From: Minisyncoccia bacterium
Lineage (GTDB): Bacteria; Patescibacteriota; Minisyncoccia; Phycocordibacterales; UBA9973
Direction: 5' to 3'
NCBI GenBank assembly: GCA_038249055.1
Contig: JBBRWS010000003.1
Coordinates: 24,374 to 88,373 of the forward strand
Length of the DNA stretch: 64,000 nucleotides
The notes below the pieces were generated by a model that was not told the DNA's origin, did no database searches, and was given only the letters and a program-made list of their open reading frames with translations. This document shows, piece by piece, positions 9,663 through 20,718 of the stretch. The number at the start of each line of letters is the position of its first letter. The first letter of the stretch is position 1. The translations under genes were made by a program, and so were the position numbers.

Positions 9663-12600
9663 TTAATTTTGAGTTTGGCTATTTTTTTTTGTAATTACTC
9701 CAATTAAAATTATAATTGATAAAATTAGCAATAAAACAGAAGCTCCAGCCAAATAAAGACTTATGCCATCCATTAAACCTGGTTTTGCTACATTTATTGA
9801 GGCTTCAGCAATAGGAAGATCCTGAAAGGTTACAGCTTCAGCTGTTTTAGTAAATAAATACCCAGAACTTTTAGCTATAATATTACCGGTATTATTTACT
9901 GTTGCGGTGTAAACTGTATGATTACCATTCTCTAGTTCTTTATCTAATAAATACTCCCATTCACCATTATTATCTGCCTTAATAGTCACAATAATAGGGG
10001 TACTATAAATATACAAAGTAATGAAACTGTTTGGTAATGCTTGCCCTTTAATTATTATTTCTTTTTGTTCAGTTAATTTAACATCTTTTACCTTATAAGT
10101 AGGAACAACTGGAGCTTCAGATACTTCAGGCTGTTCTATTTCTACTTTAACTAACTCTGGGCTTTTAGGATTATAACCTAATAATATTTTTTCGGAGGCA
10201 TTAATACTTCTTCCTTCATAAGAAGATACGGGAGAAGGTTTTATTGGGTCAATATTATAAACATAGGTTGAATCATAGTCAGAAATTCCATCATTGTTTG
10301 TATCTTTATAAAGAAGGTCTCCCCCTTGTTCCTTTAATACTCCTGATTTATCTTCTACCGCAACAGTTAATAAATTGAATGCTTCATTAATATTTTCTGA
10401 GTTAACTTTATCTATTTGAGAAACAACACCTCCACCTCCTGCCATTCCTCTAAGATTTTCTATACCTTTATTGATTTCAATTTTTAAATTACTAATATCT
10501 TCCGGTGTAACAAGAGCTAAATTTAATAAACTCATTTCAACTTTATTTATAAGTTCATCTCTATATAAATAAACCTTTAATATATCAATTGTTAAATTAT
10601 TTTCCTTTATAATTTTAATTACATTTAAAGTACTACCGTTAATTATATTAATTAATTGCTCTTTTGTATTAACTATGGAGTTTCTAAGTTCGTCTACAGC
10701 AAAACTAATATCTTGAATATTTGTAATAATTTCATTTGTTGTCTCTGGTAATATAACTTTGGATATTTCATTTTGAATGAGTTTAATCGGATTTTCAATT
10801 ATTTCCTTTTGCTCTATTAGTGAAACTAAAGGCGTTGTTATGATATTGTCTTTATTTTCTTCAATATTCAATGCTGGAATAGATATTGTTTTTAAATCAG
10901 TAAAACCAGAACAAGTTATTGATGATGTTGTGGTTGTTTGTTTATAGCAGGCTTTAACGCGATAATAATAAGGTACTCCACGAGTAACATTAAAATCAGA
11001 GAACGAAGTAGCGTTTGAATTTGCAGAATAAATAACAACCGTAGATTTTGAATCAGAACTAAGTCTTCGTTCTATTATAAAATTTGTTTCATTATTTGAA
11101 TTATCTTCCCAATTAATTTTAATAGAAGGTGTAGTATTAGTAGATGTATTGTTTAATACTAAATTGGTTGGATCAGATATTTGTATAATATTTGTTACAG
11201 GAAGTGGAATTGTAATTTTTTCTAAATCTGCGTAATTAGAACAAACAGTTTTTATTGTTTCTGTTATTGTTCCTGTTGGTGGCGTGTAGCAAGCTTTAAC
11301 ACGATAATCATAAGACACTCCTGGCTTCGCATCATAATCAGTGAAATAATTTACATCTTTGTTTGTATTACCATAAGCAGTTGCGGAATATGTTGTTTCG
11401 CTATTTAATTTTCGCTCAACTGTAAACTCAGTTTCATTATCAGAAAGATCTTCCCATTTAAGTGATATAGATTTTGAGAGAGAATCTAAAGCTGAATATA
11501 ATTTCAAATTAGCTGGTGATGCAACTGCAACAATATTCGGAATAACAACCGGAATCGAAATTCCTTTTAATTCTGTATATCCTGAATAAATTGAGTAAAT
11601 ATTTCCTGATGTTGTTCCTGATGTTGGAGTATAACTAGCCTTTACCCTATAATCGTACGAAATTCCAGCTCTGGCATCATTATCAGTAAAGTAATTAACA
11701 TCTTTATCTGTACTACCATAAGCAGTAGCCGAATATGTTGTTTCGTTGCTTAATTTTCTTTCTATAATAAATTTAGTTTCATTATTGGAATTATCAATCC
11801 ATTTAAGTGGTATAGATTTTGAGAGAGAATCTAAAGTTGAATATAATTTTAAACCTGTGGGGGCGCTTACTGCTGTAACGTTTGGCGTTGTGGATGGAAT
11901 AGAAGTTCCTCTTAATTCAGTATACGCGGAACAAATTTTAGATGTGGTTCCTACTGTTGTAACCGCAGTTGAAGTATAGCAAGCCTTTACTTTATAATAA
12001 TAGGATGCTCCACGGGTAACCTCTAAATCAGTATATGAGGTTTCATTTGAATTTAAATAATAAGAGTTAATGGCTTTCGCACCGTCTATACTTGATGTTC
12101 TATCAATAACAAATTCAGTTTCATTATTAGAATAATCCTCCCATTTAAGTCCAATTGATGCTACCGTGGCGGTAGAAGTATTTTCTACTACTAAATTTTT
12201 AGGAGCAGATACTGTAATATTATTTAGAGATGGAATTGAAATCATAGATACACTAGTAAAACCGGAACAAAGATTTGATGAATATCCTACGTGACAAGCC
12301 TTCACTCGATAGTAATAAGAAACTCCACGATAAACTTGAAAGTCAGTATAATTATTAATTCCTGCATTTGTATAATAAGAAGTTGCAGTTGATGTTAAAT
12401 CATCACTTATTCTTCGTTCTATAATAAATTGCGTTTCGTTATCAGAATTATCAACCCATTTGAGTTCAATTGATGCCTTGAGGGGTGTTGAAATATTATT
12501 CAATTCTAATCCACTTGGGTCTTTAGGAGTATATAAATTTATATTTTCTGTTGTATTTGTTGTATTTGTTGCATCTGTTGTATTTATTGTATCAGTTGTA

Positions 12601-13094
12601 TTTGAAGTTTTAATAATAGCACCTTCAAATTTAGCATAGTCTGAGCAAACTGTTTCTACTCCTGCTGAAGTTCCAGACGTTGAAGATATTGTTGGTGAAT
12701 TTAATGTTGAAGATATTAAATCTACCTTTTCTGTTAGACACGCTTTTATTTGATAGTCATAAGAAAATCCTGTTCTAACATATTGATCATTAAAAAAATG
12801 AAAATCTTTCCCAATAAAAGCATTTGTTATCGGAACAAAAACTGTGTCTGTACTTAATTTTTTTTCAAGAATAAAATGGGTTTCTGTATCAGAATTATCA
12901 TCCCAGGTTAAATATATTGAAGATGGAGTAGAAGCTGGACTTGTAGATTGTTGTAAGTTTGTTGGAGCAAAAGGTGCAATAGCTGCGTAAGACACACCCC
13001 AAAGAACAATAATTATTGTTAAAAAAAAGATAAAACCTAAAACTAAAATAAACTTATTGTTTCTAGAAAACGTGTTTAATTTTAACCTTTTCAT
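9663..13094 (-). CDS. Large surface protein with six fibronectin type III repeats, C-terminal Ig-like domain and TM anchor
   Basis: Six W.DNS.NET.F.IER...Y.YRVKAC units; DTNNDGISD; KGQALPNS...ADNNGEW; likely start ATG 13094 (TATAAT-N6-ATG). Confidence 0.85.
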   Translation of the reverse strand: MKRLKLNTFSRNNKFILVLGFIFFLTIIIVLWGVSYAAIAPFAPTNLQQSTSPASTPSSIYLTWDDNSDTETHFILEKKLSTDTVFVPITNAFIGKDFHFFNDQYVRTGFSYDYQIKACLTEKVDLISSTLNSPTISSTSGTSAGVETVCSDYAKFEGAIIKTSNTTDTINTTDATNTTNTTENINLYTPKDPSGLELNNISTPLKASIELKWVDNSDNETQFIIERRISDDLTSTATSYYTNAGINNYTDFQVYRGVSYYYRVKACHVGYSSNLCSGFTSVSMISIPSLNNITVSAPKNLVVENTSTATVASIGLKWEDYSNNETEFVIDRTSSIDGAKAINSYYLNSNETSYTDLEVTRGASYYYKVKACYTSTAVTTVGTTSKICSAYTELRGTSIPSTTPNVTAVSAPTGLKLYSTLDSLSKSIPLKWIDNSNNETKFIIERKLSNETTYSATAYGSTDKDVNYFTDNDARAGISYDYRVKASYTPTSGTTSGNIYSIYSGYTELKGISIPVVIPNIVAVASPANLKLYSALDSLSKSISLKWEDLSDNETEFTVERKLNSETTYSATAYGNTNKDVNYFTDYDAKPGVSYDYRVKACYTPPTGTITETIKTVCSNYADLEKITIPLPVTNIIQISDPTNLVLNNTSTNTTPSIKINWEDNSNNETNFIIERRLSSDSKSTVVIYSANSNATSFSDFNVTRGVPYYYRVKACYKQTTTTSSITCSGFTDLKTISIPALNIEENKDNIITTPLVSLIEQKEIIENPIKLIQNEISKVILPETTNEIITNIQDISFAVDELRNSIVNTKEQLINIINGSTLNVIKIIKENNLTIDILKVYLYRDELINKVEMSLLNLALVTPEDISNLKIEINKGIENLRGMAGGGGVVSQIDKVNSENINEAFNLLTVAVEDKSGVLKEQGGDLLYKDTNNDGISDYDSTYVYNIDPIKPSPVSSYEGRSINASEKILLGYNPKSPELVKVEIEQPEVSEAPVVPTYKVKDVKLTEQKEIIIKGQALPNSFITLYIYSTPIIVTIKADNNGEWEYLLDKELENGNHTVYTATVNNTGNIIAKSSGYLFTKTAEAVTFQDLPIAEASINVAKPGLMDGISLYLAGASVLLLILSIIILIGVITKKNSQTQN

Positions 13095-13133
13095 TGTATT
13101 ATTATACACTTTTAAATTAATTTTTAATATCAA

Positions 13134-14519
13134 TTAACTAGCAACCGGGAAAGAAACTATAAAATGTGAACCTATACCTTTTATAGATTCTATTGATATA
13201 CTTCCACCCATTTGCTTCGTCATCTGAGCAGTTATCCAAAGCCCCAAACCTGTCCCCCTTATATTTTCAGTTTCTTTAGTTCTAATTCGATAAAACTTCT
13301 CAAATAATTTTATTCTTTCTTCCTCACTCATACCAATACCAGTATCACTAACTCTTATATAGAGACGATTATTTTCCATATATTGTCTTACAATAATATC
13401 TCCTTTATTAGTATATTTAATAGCATTTCCTACTAAATTTATTACAATTTGTTTCAATCTACTCACATCAACATTTATATTTTGATTTTCTTCTATCTTT
13501 GATTTATCAAAAGATATATTTAAATTTTTCTCTTTTGCGGGTAATAAAAAAGATGTTACTATTTGATCAATTATTTCACTTGGATTTATTTTTTCAATTT
13601 CAAACGACATTCTACCTTGTTCAATTCTAGAAACGTCCAAAATATCAGAAACTAATGAGTCTAACTCTTTTGCTGAGTAATCAATTTTTAATATATAATC
13701 TTTCGTTTGTGAAGATATTTCGGGTGCTTCACGAGCAAATTCTGCATAGCCACGAATTATAGATAGCGGTGTTCGTAATTCATGAGAAGCCATTGAAATA
13801 AAATCGTCTTTTAATTGATCAACTTCTTTTAATTTTTTATATAAATCCATATAATCAATTATTTTAGAGTGACGGAAAAATAAAAATAAAATTAAAATGA
13901 TAATAAAAAATAGTAAAATTCTACTGCTATTAATACTACTTCCAATGGCAATATCAGCCATTGATAACGACTGGGTGGTAATCACTGCTCCCAAAATATT
14001 TCCCTGTTGATCAGTAATCGCACGTGTTGTTTTAAATAATCTTTCTCCATTATCTGAAAGTTCTATTGTAACGGAATGGGATGGATCACTGGCGGCTATT
14101 GTAAATATAAAAGATGCTTGATCGTCGGCTAAATTAATTTCATCCTTATTATTTGAAGCAATAATTCTATAAGAAATAGAAACTTCATTAGTTTCAGAAT
14201 TTGTAATTACTTCCCTTTTTACAACTTTAAAGTTTTTTATAGTTTCGTTTGTATTAACAACATCTTGAATCTTTTTATTTAAATATTCTGGATCATCAAT
14301 TTTATCTGAAGCAAACGAAACAAAGGCATCTTGCAATGACCCAATTCGTACATTAATCAAACGCTCCTGTGCATCATTTGCTATATTTATAAATCTCTCA
14401 GCCATGAAAACAAAAGCACCAGTAATTAATACTGCCACTACAATCGTATATATTAATTGAGGATTATTGGTTACTTTTTTAACTCCCTTAATAAAATTTG
14501 AATATAAAAAACCAAACAT
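13134..14519 (-). CDS. Membrane sensor histidine kinase
   Basis: FISMASHELRTPL, NLVGNAIKY, DTGIG, GTGLGL; two TM. Confidence 0.93.
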   Translation of the reverse strand: MFGFLYSNFIKGVKKVTNNPQLIYTIVVAVLITGAFVFMAERFINIANDAQERLINVRIGSLQDAFVSFASDKIDDPEYLNKKIQDVVNTNETIKNFKVVKREVITNSETNEVSISYRIIASNNKDEINLADDQASFIFTIAASDPSHSVTIELSDNGERLFKTTRAITDQQGNILGAVITTQSLSMADIAIGSSINSSRILLFFIIILILFLFFRHSKIIDYMDLYKKLKEVDQLKDDFISMASHELRTPLSIIRGYAEFAREAPEISSQTKDYILKIDYSAKELDSLVSDILDVSRIEQGRMSFEIEKINPSEIIDQIVTSFLLPAKEKNLNISFDKSKIEENQNINVDVSRLKQIVINLVGNAIKYTNKGDIIVRQYMENNRLYIRVSDTGIGMSEEERIKLFEKFYRIRTKETENIRGTGLGLWITAQMTKQMGGSISIESIKGIGSHFIVSFPVAS

Positions 14520-14592
14520 GCTTAGATGATACCATTTTATAAATAAATAATCACCATATTATCTACTTAATTTGATATTATATTTTAAAATT

Positions 14593-15135
14593 TTAATGAC
14601 TTTTAAGCCAAGTTATCATTTTTTTAAATGTACCTGGTCCTGCTTCCCCATCAGCTGTTAAACCTTCTGCTTTTTGAAAACTTTTTACACCATTAAATGT
14701 ACTTAATCCGTAATCATTATCGACTTTATTTGAAGTATTGTTATATATATTTAAAAATTTCTGAACAGTACCAACGGCTGGACCTTGTGATTTATTTTTG
14801 AGATAAATATTTCCATCTACTAATTTTTGTAATTCATTTATCAGAGTCTGATTTTTTGAAACTACAGTTTTTGGTTGAATTGGATTTTCAACAACTGGTT
14901 CTGGAGTTACAACTGCTAAAACTTCCTGAACCTTCTCTGTTTCAAATTGACTGATTTCTTTTTTTAATTTTGCTACTTCTTTTACAAGTTCTTCATTTTT
15001 TTGTTCTAACTCTTTTTGTTTTTGATTATCAACATGAGTACTTCCTGATTCTATGGTAGAAAATGCCCAATACCCAGCAAAAGAAAGTGCGGCAATAATG
15101 AAAATCGAAGATAACATAAATTTAAAATTTTCCAT
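14593..15135 (-). CDS. Peptidoglycan-binding domain protein
   Basis: C-terminal VGTVQKFL...VDNDYG..T..VKSFQK..GL.ADG.AGP.T. Confidence 0.85.
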   Translation of the reverse strand: MENFKFMLSSIFIIAALSFAGYWAFSTIESGSTHVDNQKQKELEQKNEELVKEVAKLKKEISQFETEKVQEVLAVVTPEPVVENPIQPKTVVSKNQTLINELQKLVDGNIYLKNKSQGPAVGTVQKFLNIYNNTSNKVDNDYGLSTFNGVKSFQKAEGLTADGEAGPGTFKKMITWLKSH

Positions 15136-15198
15136 AATTTAATTATATCAGATAATAATATTCTTGTACTATTTTTAAAAGTTAATAAGTTAATTCTT

Positions 15199-17706
15199 TT
15201 ATGGTGCCTTAATAAAATATTTATAGAAAAAATATTTTGAAATTTCAGCAATTATAAGATAACTAACAACAATACCCGCTATAAGTAATAATAGAGGAAA
15301 AGGAAGTTTCGAAAATCCTAAAATAACCCCCAATGGAGTATAAGGAACTATCCAAGCAAAAATTACTACAGCAATAGTACTAAATGTAACAAAAATACCT
15401 GGAGTACTTCTAAAGAATGGTACACGTCTAGTTCTAATAATAAAGATAACTAATATTTGTGTGGCGATAGATTCAATAAACCATCCAGTTTGAAAATGTT
15501 GTTCATTTAAATTAAATACTTTATAAAGAACAAAGAATGTTAAGAAATCAAAGATGGAGCTAATAAGACCAAATACAATAATGTATTTAGAAAACTCTCT
15601 CATGTTCCACTTTAATGGATTTTTTACAGCTTCTATATCTGTTTTATCAGTTGGTATTGTAGTCTGAGAAACATCGTATAAAAAATTATTAAAAATTATT
15701 TGAGATGAAAGCATTGGGAAGAATGGTAAAAAAATAGATGCTCCCATCATTGAAAACATATTTCCAAAATTTGAGCTAAAACCCATTTTTATATACTTAA
15801 GAGTATTTTGAAATGTAGAACGCCCCTCTATTACCCCATCTTTTAGAACGTGTAAATTTTTATTTAAAAGAATTATATCTGCAGTTTCTTTTGCAACATC
15901 AACCGCATTATTGACCGATATCCCAACATCAGCAATTTTCAAAACTGGTGCATCGTTAATCCCATCTCCCATATATCCTACAGTATGATCATTTAATTGT
16001 AATAATCTTACAATTCGTTCTTTTTGAATAGGAGAAACTCTAGCAAAGATATTTGTTGAATCCAATTTTTGTGAAAGTTCTTCATCTGTTAGAGTATTCA
16101 ACATAGCTCCAGTAAGAGAACCTTTTATCTCTATATTCAAATCTTTACAAATACGTTCAGTAAGAATTTCACTATCCCCTGTAATAATTTTTACTTCAAC
16201 TGAAAGATTTTTTAATTCTTCTAGGGCTGAACTAGCACTTTTTTTAGGTGGATCCAGAAAAGCAGCATAACCTACAAAAGTCATATTTTCTTCCTCTTGG
16301 TTTTTATATTTAATTCTTTCATCTTTTTCTATTTTCTTTACAGCTACAGCAAGAACACGAAAACCATCAGCGCTTAATTTGTCGTATTCATTTTTAGCCT
16401 TTTCTTTAATTTCATTATCAAATATGGATATATTATTTCCATCCTCGAGCATATTAGAAATAGAAAAAATACTCTCTGGAGCTCCTTTGGTAATCATTAA
16501 TCTCTCTCCATTATGTTCAACTATGATTGAATCTCTTTTCCTCTCAAAATCAAAAGGGATTTCATCTATTTTTGTATACGAACTTGAGTCCATCTTTCCA
16601 CGAATTTGTATTGCTTCATCAAGAGGACTTTTGCGGGCAGTATGATATATACTATTTAAATATGAATATAGGAGAGTATTTTTTGAATCAACGTCAAAAA
16701 TATTTATACATTTTATAAGTTCAATTTTATCTTCAGTTAAGGTCCCCGTTTTATCTGTACAAAGTATATCCATACTTCCAAAATTTTGCACAGATGCTAA
16801 ATTTTTCAATATAACCTGCTTTTTTGCCATACGAAGAGATCCATGAGAAAGTGTAACTGTCATAATAACAGGGAGAAGCTCCGGTGTAAGTCCTACTGCT
16901 ATTGCAGCTGCAAATAAAAATGAATTCAATACTCCTCTATCATTAAAAGCATTTACTAAAAAAACAAAAATTACCATCACTAAAGTAAGTCGAACAATAA
17001 AAATACTAAAATTTTTAAGCCCTATTTCAAAACTAGTTTTTTGTTTAACAGCGGAAAGTCTATCTGCAATTTTACCAAATTCTGCCTGTGAACCAGTTTG
17101 AATAACTTGAGCTATAGCAAAACCTGTTACCACCGACGTACCCATAAACACAGCATCCGTATCAGTTAATTTTAGAGAAATACTTGTTAAAGAAATATTA
17201 TCTTCCATTACAAATTTCTCTACAGGAAATGACTCTCCAGTTAGTACTGATTGATTTACGAAAAAATCATCGGCAGATATAATAATACAGTCAGCAGGTA
17301 TAACATCTCCAGCTGAAAGTTCAATTATATCTCCCGGCACTAACCCATGAAAAGGTATTTCTTGTTTTACTCCGTCACGACGGACCGTTGCTGTTGAAGC
17401 TACTTTTTCTACCAATCGTTCAGCAACTTTTTCCGATTTATAACTATTAAAAAAGTCCAAGGAAACTGAAACAAAAATCATAACCAAAAGAATTATTGCA
17501 TTAACAGACTGTCCAAAAAAGAATGCAATAATAGCAGCTCCCATTAAAAGAAATAGAAGAGGATTATTAAACTTCTTAAGAAACATAACTACGGGTTGAA
17601 GTTTTTTTCGATGATAAATAGTATTTTCACCGAATTTTACTAAATATTTTTTTGCCTGAAAAGAAGTCAAACCATTGACTACATCAGTTCTTTTATTTTC
17701 TTGCAT
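15199..17706 (-). CDS. mgtA: Magnesium-translocating P-type ATPase
   Basis: LTGES, GLTPELLP, DKTGTLT, DEIPFDFERKR, GDGINDAP, SSNFGNMFS. Confidence 0.92.
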   Translation of the reverse strand: MQENKRTDVVNGLTSFQAKKYLVKFGENTIYHRKKLQPVVMFLKKFNNPLLFLLMGAAIIAFFFGQSVNAIILLVMIFVSVSLDFFNSYKSEKVAERLVEKVASTATVRRDGVKQEIPFHGLVPGDIIELSAGDVIPADCIIISADDFFVNQSVLTGESFPVEKFVMEDNISLTSISLKLTDTDAVFMGTSVVTGFAIAQVIQTGSQAEFGKIADRLSAVKQKTSFEIGLKNFSIFIVRLTLVMVIFVFLVNAFNDRGVLNSFLFAAAIAVGLTPELLPVIMTVTLSHGSLRMAKKQVILKNLASVQNFGSMDILCTDKTGTLTEDKIELIKCINIFDVDSKNTLLYSYLNSIYHTARKSPLDEAIQIRGKMDSSSYTKIDEIPFDFERKRDSIIVEHNGERLMITKGAPESIFSISNMLEDGNNISIFDNEIKEKAKNEYDKLSADGFRVLAVAVKKIEKDERIKYKNQEEENMTFVGYAAFLDPPKKSASSALEELKNLSVEVKIITGDSEILTERICKDLNIEIKGSLTGAMLNTLTDEELSQKLDSTNIFARVSPIQKERIVRLLQLNDHTVGYMGDGINDAPVLKIADVGISVNNAVDVAKETADIILLNKNLHVLKDGVIEGRSTFQNTLKYIKMGFSSNFGNMFSMMGASIFLPFFPMLSSQIIFNNFLYDVSQTTIPTDKTDIEAVKNPLKWNMREFSKYIIVFGLISSIFDFLTFFVLYKVFNLNEQHFQTGWFIESIATQILVIFIIRTRRVPFFRSTPGIFVTFSTIAVVIFAWIVPYTPLGVILGFSKLPFPLLLLIAGIVVSYLIIAEISKYFFYKYFIKAP

Positions 17707-17744
17707 GTCATTTATTATATCATATTAACACTACAGAAAACCAA

Positions 17745-17783
17745 ATAAAAAACACTTTGATTCAATATCAAAGTGTTTTTTAT
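17745..17783 (-). terminator. Intrinsic terminator after the helicase
   Basis: AATAAAAAACACTTTGAT...ATCAAAGTGTTTTTTATT. Confidence 0.75.
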
Positions 17784-17797
17784 TTTTAGATTCAAAT

Positions 17798-19162
17798 TTA
17801 ATTTACGAACGTTAAAGCTACTCCAACTTGATTCGCACGGCCAGTACGGCCTATACGGTGAACATAGTCTTCATAAGTAGCAGGAATTTCATAATTAATA
17901 ACGTGGGTAACATTTGGGATATCCAGTCCTCGAGCAGCAACATCAGTTGCAACAAGTATTTGACTATGATTATCTCTAAATGCTTTCAATGCACTTTGGC
18001 GTCTTGATTGATTTTTATCTCCGTGAATTGATTCAGCTTTATACCCTCTTTGAACTAATGTTTGACAAAGTTTTTCAACTCCATGTTTTGTACGTCCAAA
18101 AATAAGAACTTTAGAAAACTCCTTTTTAGATAAAAGAGAATGCAATGAATCAATTTTATCAGAACCATGAGGTACACGAATAATATCTTGATCTACGTTT
18201 CTGGCTGTATCTCCAGTTTTAGTAGAAATCCTTTCAGGATTAGTTAAAAATTCTACAATTAATTTATCAATTTCTTTTGTTATTGTTGCAGAGAATAATA
18301 ATGTTTGACGATTTGGTGCCATATTAGCCATAATAAATCGCATGTCATTTACAAATCCCATGTCGAGCATTCTATCTGCTTCATCAAGAACTATTGTTCT
18401 GAATTCTGCTAGACGAATAACTCTACGGTCAACTAAATCTTTCAAACGTCCAGGAGTACCAATCACTATATTGTGATCTCTGCGTAATCCATAAATTTGA
18501 TTTGAAATACCCATTCCTCCAACACAACATACAGAGTAAATTCTAAGTGCTCCTCTAAATGCCATCAATTCTTCATTAATTTGTGTTGCTAATTCTCGAG
18601 TTGGTACAATTACCAAAACTTTTTCACGAGGATTATTCATAATTTTATCTAATAGTGGAATCAAAAACGCAGCTGTTTTACCAGTTCCTGTATTTGCTAT
18701 ACCAACAACATCACGTCCATTAAGTACAAATGGAATAGCGACGTCTTGAATAGGAGTCGGATTCACATAACCTTTTTGGGTAATGTTATTTTTTAATGTT
18801 GCATGAATTTTAAAATCAGCAAATTTATTTACTGGTATATATGGAGCTGACTCAACTATTGGGTCTGCTTTACATATAAAACGAGAATGGCTTATATTAC
18901 TATCTCCACCATAACGAGGCTTAGAAGATCTTCCACGGTTACCACCGCCACTTGAGCGACTATAACCACCACTAGAACGACCTCCGCTATTGCTACTATT
19001 TGAACGACTATAACCACCACTTGGGCGACTACTACCACTAGTTCCGCGACCAGTAGAAGAACTGCCACGATAACTGCTTCTTTGTCCACTAGAAGATGGA
19101 CGACTTGAACCACCCGAAGATGGCTGACCGGAGCTTCCGCCACGGCTATTTGGTTTATACAT
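17798..19162 (-). CDS. DEAD-box RNA helicase with Ser/Gly/Arg-rich N-terminal tail
   Basis: PTPIQ, TGTGKT, PTRELA, TPGRL, DEAD, SAT, ARGLD, HRIGRTGR. Confidence 0.95.
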   Translation of the reverse strand: MYKPNSRGGSSGQPSSGGSSRPSSSGQRSSYRGSSSTGRGTSGSSRPSGGYSRSNSSNSGGRSSGGYSRSSGGGNRGRSSKPRYGGDSNISHSRFICKADPIVESAPYIPVNKFADFKIHATLKNNITQKGYVNPTPIQDVAIPFVLNGRDVVGIANTGTGKTAAFLIPLLDKIMNNPREKVLVIVPTRELATQINEELMAFRGALRIYSVCCVGGMGISNQIYGLRRDHNIVIGTPGRLKDLVDRRVIRLAEFRTIVLDEADRMLDMGFVNDMRFIMANMAPNRQTLLFSATITKEIDKLIVEFLTNPERISTKTGDTARNVDQDIIRVPHGSDKIDSLHSLLSKKEFSKVLIFGRTKHGVEKLCQTLVQRGYKAESIHGDKNQSRRQSALKAFRDNHSQILVATDVAARGLDIPNVTHVINYEIPATYEDYVHRIGRTGRANQVGVALTFVN

Positions 19163-19341
19163 ATTATTTTCCCCAGTCTATAATTATAAAAGTAAGACGG
19201 ACTAGGACCCTTATCCCTTAAGGTTTCCATAAAGACTTTCCATTTGGGATAAGGCGTTATATACAGGCGCTACATGCGCAAGAAAACCATTGAGACTACA
19301 ACTTACTTGACTAGTATATAACTAATAATTATATTTGTCAA
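19163..19341 (-). promoter_or_regulatory. Sigma70 promoter and long structured leader of the helicase
   Basis: TTGACA(19341-19336)-N17-TATACT(19318-19313); leader stem CCTTATCCC...GGGATAAGG. Confidence 0.6.
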
Positions 19342-19484
19342 CCCCACACTTATACCTATATCATTATATACTGTAACCTCGGTTTGATTTCTAAGTCATT
19401 ACGATTTATAAACATAGAAATATAAATACATATGGTCACGAAATAAATAAAACCCCATCTTTGGGGTTTTATTGTTATAAAAAA

Positions 19485-19625
19485 TTATTTAGTTTTTTTA
19501 CTAATAGACTTTTTTTTGTCAGTTTTATTATCAAGCATAACTTTTTTGACAGCAAGTCTTTTTGCTGTCTTTTTTGAATGCTTTGATTTTATATGAGGAT
19601 GAAGTGAAGTAGCTCTTTTTGCCAT
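19485..19625 (-). CDS. Small basic protein (46 aa)
   Basis: Manual translation MAKRATSLHPHIKSKHSKKTAKRLAVKKVMLDNKTDKKKSISKKTK*; followed by hairpin 19447-19473. Confidence 0.65.
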   Translation of the reverse strand: MAKRATSLHPHIKSKHSKKTAKRLAVKKVMLDNKTDKKKSISKKTK

Positions 19626-19710
19626 ATATATGAAATTGATTAATTAATAAGATATTCTGCATTATACATTAAATGAATAAAAAATCCAATTAATTTAGAT
19701 TAAAAAAAAT

Positions 19711-19752
19711 AAAATACTCCACATGAGCCAAATGGCAAATGTGGAGTATTTT
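19711..19752 (-). terminator. Terminator after the cold-shock gene
   Basis: AAAATACTCCACAT...ATGTGGAGTATTTT. Confidence 0.7.
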
Positions 19753-19770
19753 ACTAAAAGCTACGCGATA

Positions 19771-19968
19771 TTATGCACGTGATACTTTTGTTGCAGCTGG
19801 TCCTTTTTCAGTGTCAACTAGTTCAAAAGTGACTGTGTCACCTGTTTGAAGTTCGTCAAATGTAACACCAACTAGTTCCTTAGAATGAAAGAAAAGGTCT
19901 TTAGCTTCGCCTTCGCGAGAGATAAATCCAAATCCTTTATCTGTAAGAGTCTTGATTGTTCCTGTCAT
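19771..19968 (-). CDS. csp: Cold-shock protein
   Basis: KGFGFI, DLFFHS, KGPAA. Confidence 0.95.
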   Translation of the reverse strand: MTGTIKTLTDKGFGFISREGEAKDLFFHSKELVGVTFDELQTGDTVTFELVDTEKGPAATKVSRA

Positions 19969-20120
19969 ATGATTTTTTTGATTATTTTTGATTGAAACTT
20001 CGACGTGGTTTCTAGTGCCTTAACACAATTACAGTATAACACACTTTTTAAATAAATACATGTATTAACAACAAAGGATAATTTAATATAAAAATACTTA
20101 TATTTTATAATATAAACTAT

Positions 20121-20390
20121 TTATTTTTTAACCTCCATAAATCTCCTCCATTCATCTGCTACATCTGGTGATAATCTATCTAATTCTGTTAATATTATAT
20201 TTCTAATTTCAGACGATAAAATTTTATCTTTCTCTTCTACAAAATCTATTACCTTACTAGAAACTTCATTTACAATTTTATTTATTTCTTCTGGTTCCAA
20301 CTTTGCATCTTGTGCTGCTCTTGTTATTGATCTTATAATTTTTTTAGTATCAAATGGCATTTTTGTACCATTACTTTTTATAACTTGCAT
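20121..20390 (-). CDS. Stand-alone ATP-cone domain protein
   Basis: VIKSNG...FD..KI..SI..AA...SSEI. Confidence 0.85.
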   Translation of the reverse strand: MQVIKSNGTKMPFDTKKIIRSITRAAQDAKLEPEEINKIVNEVSSKVIDFVEEKDKILSSEIRNIILTELDRLSPDVADEWRRFMEVKK

Positions 20391-20718
20391 ATATACAAAA
20401 TTATTTAATTAATATTTATATAAGTTATAATCATAACGACTAATAATGATTATGACAATATATTTGAATAATCAAAAAAACCGAAACCAATAATTGGTTA
20501 CGGGTCTCTAGGACCTCTAGTTCTTTACTATTCACATTATATAATAATACTTAATTTACACAACAAGTTATTCACAATAAATAAATTATGAACATAACAT
20601 GATAATTATTTATGTTAAAATTAATATCAACGCCATGAAAAATAATTTAATTATAATTTTAATAATTTTATTTATAATACTAATAGGTATAGTAGTATTA
20701 TAAATAAAAAATAATAAT

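Noticed and set aside
17707-17797. Mg2+ riboswitch or leader peptide for mgtA
   Set aside because: The gap holds only the helicase terminator and a -10 box close to the start codon.
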